Position numbers and translations under genes: made by a program
Shown: in pieces, positions 63,101 through 64,000 of the stretch
Layout of the letters: each line of letters starts with the position of its first letter
How positions within the stretch are numbered: position 1 is the first letter of the stretch
NCBI GenBank assembly: GCA_016839945.1
Contig: JAEOTE010000007.1
Span: forward strand, 64,001-128,000
Direction: 5' to 3'
Length of the DNA: 64,000 nucleotides
Origin: Candidatus Heimdallarchaeota archaeon
GTDB taxonomy: Archaea > Asgardarchaeota > Heimdallarchaeia > Heimdallarchaeales > Heimdallarchaeaceae
Notes under the pieces: model-generated
Told to the model about the DNA's origin: nothing
The model's database searches: none
Seen by the model: the letters and a program-made list of their open reading frames with translations, nothing else

Positions 63101-63637
63101 TAGGTACTCACGTTGTTCCATGATTACAGGTTCGTTCTTTTCAAGATTTATCATTAAATGAAGCTCATGGGTAATATCATCCATAAAGTATCTGCTTCGT
63201 ATTTTTGCAGGTAAGTCAACAGATGACATAGAGTATAGCAAACACATTTTTGCTCCTAAACCAAAACGACCTCGTGTTTGAATTACTCCGTATTTTGTTC
63301 CAGTCAATACTCTCCCAAAAAGTTCAGCAATCTGGTGTCCAGGAACTCCTATCCCATTATCTTTACAGGTTAGTTGTAGAAAATCTAGATGCTTTTCTAA
63401 TTTTCTGTATTGCGTAACATCAAGCAATTCATTTATTTCTCTGCTGGAAAGTTTTCTTAAGTCTAAATCAATAACAGGATTAATTCCTCTTTTTTCTGCT
63501 GCATCTAGTCCATTCTCAACTAACTCTCTGATACTTGTGAAAACAGCTCTCATTGAATTACCAAAACCAGCAATGGCTCTGTTTTCATTAAAGAAAGCAG
63601 CAGCTGACATTTTTTTTGTAACTGTATCTTCTGACAC
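51125..63637 (-). CDS. top6B: Giant DNA topoisomerase VI subunit B fused to a long HhH-like repeat array
   Basis: GHKL motifs ELVENGLDA, DNGIG, TRGRFGLG, GTEI; transducer RYANRIPL, STKIPF; then about 3600 extra aa in one open frame; GTG start. Confidence 0.93.
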   Translation of the reverse strand: MSEDTVTKKMSAAAFFNENRAIAGFGNSMRAVFTSIRELVENGLDAAEKRGINPVIDLDLRKLSSREINELLDVTQYRKLEKHLDFLQLTCKDNGIGVPGHQIAELFGRVLTGTKYGVIQTRGRFGLGAKMCLLYSMSSVDLPAKIRSRYFMDDITHELHLMINLEKNEPVIMEQREYLPGDPNYLEEPGTEISITFTGAWRLAKNSVKEYFKQLAIITPYSSFKIKVPADKEGEYEDLDFLSVVDDMPPPPQPVKIHPWGCDITQFKAELTASQSKTLKQFLATQFMGVNEEIAEGFFQLLEIDPNKSPKDITSHEIRRIVHEGFVKAYQEAKDVKRKRDRIFQFDDPKGTALSPLGSNRLRRGLEKELEPKFVEAVTRAPKAYSGHPFVVEVAIGYGGGVNEASQVKGATVQDNKIIYRYANRIPLIFGAGNDVISHTVSSIRWNEYGLTRQSDPLAVAVSVVSTKIPFPETSKEYISIVPEIEEEIRLALMQLGRRLKTFLSRAKRRRREHARLSRFVRSAPIIIDNLTKILEDEAVNYTDFRLETDRIAAALAHGATKKVKLFMPLGRRLFGANVWCPSRIQSVLRTNNIESISDFLITPSDNIAKLLELTKQDIYNIKLRTISELDREGMSPSFDPKLFVSRTIERRFTQNEKTIITLKEALYRRWIQNSYHYFATDFNKLQTVTGLLEKLFENKKEQLLHQYLLTKDKTSKAKSEKRKQLLASLTKVDDIKIDTLFPTFEYLKDNSKGLISQDTTIEEFLYQTKLPYSVNYQTEVTAVLVNYLQNIFSQLCDKFPTFSKTNVTKMKPDWTDAYTKNAFHRRKIKTIEDLINAKLDDLVVIKELERNLYNTFLDTLVKSSESIELSKFELISDEILREEETEAIKVLSQKGIKTLTNLISLPTASILKRDYKLIGDLLLKESKHKLISHIRESKKDKDLSHVKVIPKDIEQQLVNLQIFTTTAFLAFPSPQLRKLGLRKKDVERIKKSLGTPIFKWIKHQETLKTAGIVSIEEIFYNPPEAYNLTGEAKRTYLETANLLLTPISFAFPSLRRQSYLLQEIGINCIGRFSIWSNSDLSDVLNISEERVKDLKQSISEEEVKKNRTEFGKSLSLLSNQYPRLVQFIEKHNLTIQDLYSVYPTEKPTLNTGFWENIRHLNQLANMEIIELTQLYPDKFKDLSLLTEALLRLKLRNIVTVRQFLDLIPEIIESELNTAKERKLVIELHNNIKNRTFSETDQFSKEILLISEYDEFVQTLGLPISRISKLTLEDFDKLRNRGITAIHQLFEYTIDELAATLVRSTQETQQLIDVFAIEKKGTHFFEKSGNKYTSLISFEYEESERFSSHEIVSLILSGYDTVDKIFYLAHPLTFSSAVVNWNVIDKFRKLLRSPLTLVTWEKIIKKTVQVEESEETQEIEEVQTRTLTTQQLNILRNNGITKIIDLLVSKSEDIASFLGVDNEEAILLQRNVRISDTGIDLSELGILEPRIVRVLDENNIMTIEDLYFSTSKDKWNEEILPWDVIESFKAILNLSLDHISDMLDPEIIELLEKAKIRTLLGFMLSSPEVLMEKTGIPDERFETIKSALDFSDIFGYFSLPVYFLPSLSFSQTEILRENGIKTISEFILASSQKLSKLIKISPKDAESIITSLTSSSIQAMYEQKGIFAFETQLFDKLEQRLLSKDSIFHFERFQTIQEIFYTIEEQYYFSNPELWIKISAVKKYLTLPLKIFTEISEFSLEVLEQNDIHYVYQLLFIPDIDLKDPVLYRVVSTYSSKIIVMQAFHYFAKLPASVYNSSYFNRVIQEVENKTLSDVITDPKVIKDLTGKDKQYLTDHYNLTLIRSILELPLRITPFFTKIRKARREEYKNVIIGDVFEINLEEHSALSPFFSSLMETDSLNKLIMELAIPIASMGLPRELTLKLSKSSINTLIDFFSLPEKQLSEISGFSQKQIREIKEGLTYTDIVSFRLSQSHLIRPSELIPEKKLDELKDLGITDIETLFYSASLLGISEILQVDVYKKAKELLSGSIRFIGFLSYDEIKRLEYHEINSVIDLALLNRDELFTITQNPIYKEFHALDLISFDELSERRISSAIPLTVCPSIEEDYLEKLLDIGINSVQDFISRMEEIRESRPALVRLDIFREVQLYRSSVAFIGLDNHHVMKLIYSGVGDILSFITEDVSTISLLLNMSEKKVQTYLDKITPSNLMKEVKRKGVELVNFFVLSKGKINSLLKSGKIHVQDLYSSNYQAYPTLSVSGDYMRDFLNACHISIYRISELSSEEKLNLTSEGILRLIDLFNCSDKDLKRALNGSIPKTISSARKGTFTLSKGRTLTLNEPIINLLKSLEFDPTKKAVEDIFGFIPDALLQLSESERIEKISSIAFIEQLVSFLCLNVLALPGFDISSKGVLWNNGIKHVIELLSTNVNTIIGIPKAVAKQIRIFQREFNLSTRMSETFSYYIDHALSFPNKAEEQFMKYGLSSALLLVDFIPHPVFDFGDIEKSLIRIITSNMFKPISWLISNVELNIAQLNILSQSDCNNIVSGLLCLSEKEENHDLHSKIVEVLNSIVIQISPPEWAIKLSDIKIVSDSALIKRLKDEKILYLDELLSLDSKIVEKRELLSEVCPLLLSLKSIPLSYIGNLTSKQIEKLKHNGIRNLYQFLLIPAPLLAKLINVAEEKIRTIKTTIDIKSLEENVKLIGLDLSLFSEITKETKTILSEYGCVSLVQASELNLDLIPIPIEEKKNLVKLISILLTPITLIGKSLKLKDTEIKDLLNSNITTYNDLLAIPQKNWPASFSKLITKQKEEPDYLVKNLKKIDKFGISIEMLGLPKKTATSLLQIGITTVEHLFFVPVSHIVTNSKVKGKEVDDYRSQLSNNISYLSSITKESLDYCYEKGFTTIIEHLIFLNKLPKNIQDEIILSLSLIKGIKEEGFKEPLSELEVDLSNKGYSSYKSILTSPTFKDDEVIFKKITPYLLANLRFLDFDPKDLEKMKSAGVNIIADIFYLSPKVIATTSKVKVTTIQNTIKNFKVDSIVQRIDSVAEQNLKEIFFLSAQDRNYLKSIGIYNLEDLMNNTIYDWLVSEKKIKQIQNKAEEVYNTSVLYYPKINQKNLNEIKSNYLDSGIVTFRDLMKTSDATEKANIVGFLGDYLASKEGIIANYISKDQYIEESDVKELFTKKTKTTKIKSILDLITTLYQKEDSLSDLGLKIEQTFSKPISSLAVLTKADLQILEDKSIYTIGDLIIKPISSWMILSPAKLKDKILEITSSLTYKKIETDVKKKVQLSRVKIFDSETKKEIQKHYSTMDDLIFALNKETFTFSKSLANKIKRILKLPIELLLLPDVTIKSWKNIQNYVKNLEEFYLLTNKELASILLLKQAEVEKIRYSLTSSNFGSHPVIKESKIFSAKDIAILNQRSIKYYSDLFDEEVSLDKIPNYLLDKIKVFEKLVLKDLVSKTEYSLNLLDLAYLSMNLNKISVTKKQREDIQNAINSIFNKGITLMQVLNLESKDQKLDMSDSSIEYLLLLQKHEKELYNKTISKLHSKISKKYNELSYHLKRTIILLQPNRLKVDIISKLPYRSIDELLLEDYNKIKSQIPDPVFLRNLRNISLITLKELEGSLTSIPKDLLSGSNISILKKGFILSVEEALVFNKQAKSKTSSVWKTSDSLKNMVETDLFSLPPVRENKKIYDLMNKMKLQTVFDFLIYCKSLSEIEYETTCTSLLPKLSSTRVERMMSSEQKRLSSFIKDKEILSFLRKEDIRTIGILLEYIESKDPKDYSSEIVKIIEKLRAPMLIFINQPRLLEKFHNEGIIQVIDFVSIPDIRKAISVSLTEQEQAIVKSLQDKMNSQLVNETLKSKSYSVKKIGLFDANIRKLLIKSGYTTIAHLNVSEELIVKTSKLNSIQVSRIKRNLDLPFYYLSDIISDNPQSVAELHKNNIHTLWDIFAQTAQSLSKITGIQVSQLRTYFSNFTQDSIKDAEKEVVLIRKTHPFLSEELITQLNKAGIKTIQQLVFPEPSIVKNPLLEEQGVKDLKEFLEKPLRNLEVESEARNQITVLGVKTIKEFVVYPSTNMDEKTNLSYLSIKNLKNRLPKAKLKPKKKKPVKTAAKTPSKSSTATKSKTVTKPKVVIKQTATIPKATKGKQTTLLDVSQKNSKSNTSKSTSQNKNKEVK

Positions 63638-63801
63638 GATTGCTACACCTTACATTAAACCTTAAATTAGTTTCTACTATTTTATGATATATGTTATTTA
63701 TAACTAGTATGTTTATATTAAACGTATTAGTATTTAAAGATAAATTTTACCGGCAAAAACTCTGAAAAGGAGGAAAGAGGTAAAAAGAAAAATAGAAAAA
63801 G

Positions 63802-64000
63802 TTATTTCTTTTTCAATTTAAATTCTGGAGAAGTTCTATGAAGTACAACTGAAGTTATAGCAAAACCTATTGTAACAAAGAATAATGCACCAAAAGCTCC
63901 TATAGTTCTTGAAGTATCAACTTTATCTATTTCATCCAAGAATTGACCTTTTATGTCATCATAATATACTTCAGTAGCTATAGTTCTGTCATACTGCCAG
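63802..64000 (-). CDS. 3' end of a membrane-anchored protein (partial; runs off the window)
   Basis: Own translation ...WQYDRTIATEVYYDDIKGQFLDEIDKVDTSRTIGAFGALFFVTIGFAITSVVLHRTSPEFKLKKK*. Confidence 0.7.
   Translation of the reverse strand, partial: WQYDRTIATEVYYDDIKGQFLDEIDKVDTSRTIGAFGALFFVTIGFAITSVVLHRTSPEFKLKKK

Noticed and set aside
51125-63637. Inteins as the cause of the Top6B length
   Set aside because: The extra sequence is all C-terminal to an uninterrupted core; I saw no Hint splice-junction or LAGLIDADG motifs
1-64000. Mobile elements, tRNA and rRNA genes
   Set aside because: No transposase or integrase ORFs, terminal inverted repeats, or GC-rich structured RNA segments seen by eye

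Overview
AT-rich archaeal chromosomal window, very probably from an Asgard archaeon (Heimdallarchaeia-like). The lineage is inferred from gene content: archaeal RadA, Alba, topoisomerase VI, GluRS and a DGGGP synthase occur alongside eukaryotic-signature-like proteins (two Rab-like GTPases, a gelsolin-like protein, a membrane RING protein, a HEAT-repeat protein and a probable longin-domain protein). Housekeeping content includes a heterodimeric ABC exporter, iorAB, tldD/pmbA, class II ribonucleotide reductase and a Tad/type IV pilus locus split into two convergent halves around an Hsp20 gene. The standout is the topoisomerase VI operon (49714-63637). Top6B is a 4170-aa protein with an intact GHKL/transducer core, followed by about 3500 aa of roughly 50 degenerate helix-hairpin-helix-like repeats and a basic tail. 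Top6A, 1 bp downstream, carries an N-terminal extension that looks like a ubiquitin-fold domain. A second candidate system is a translationally coupled operon of a CPBP (Rce1-like) protease, a Rab-like GTPase and a HEAT-repeat protein. No rRNA, tRNA, CRISPR array or transposase was recognised. All calls are by eye from motifs; no searches were run.
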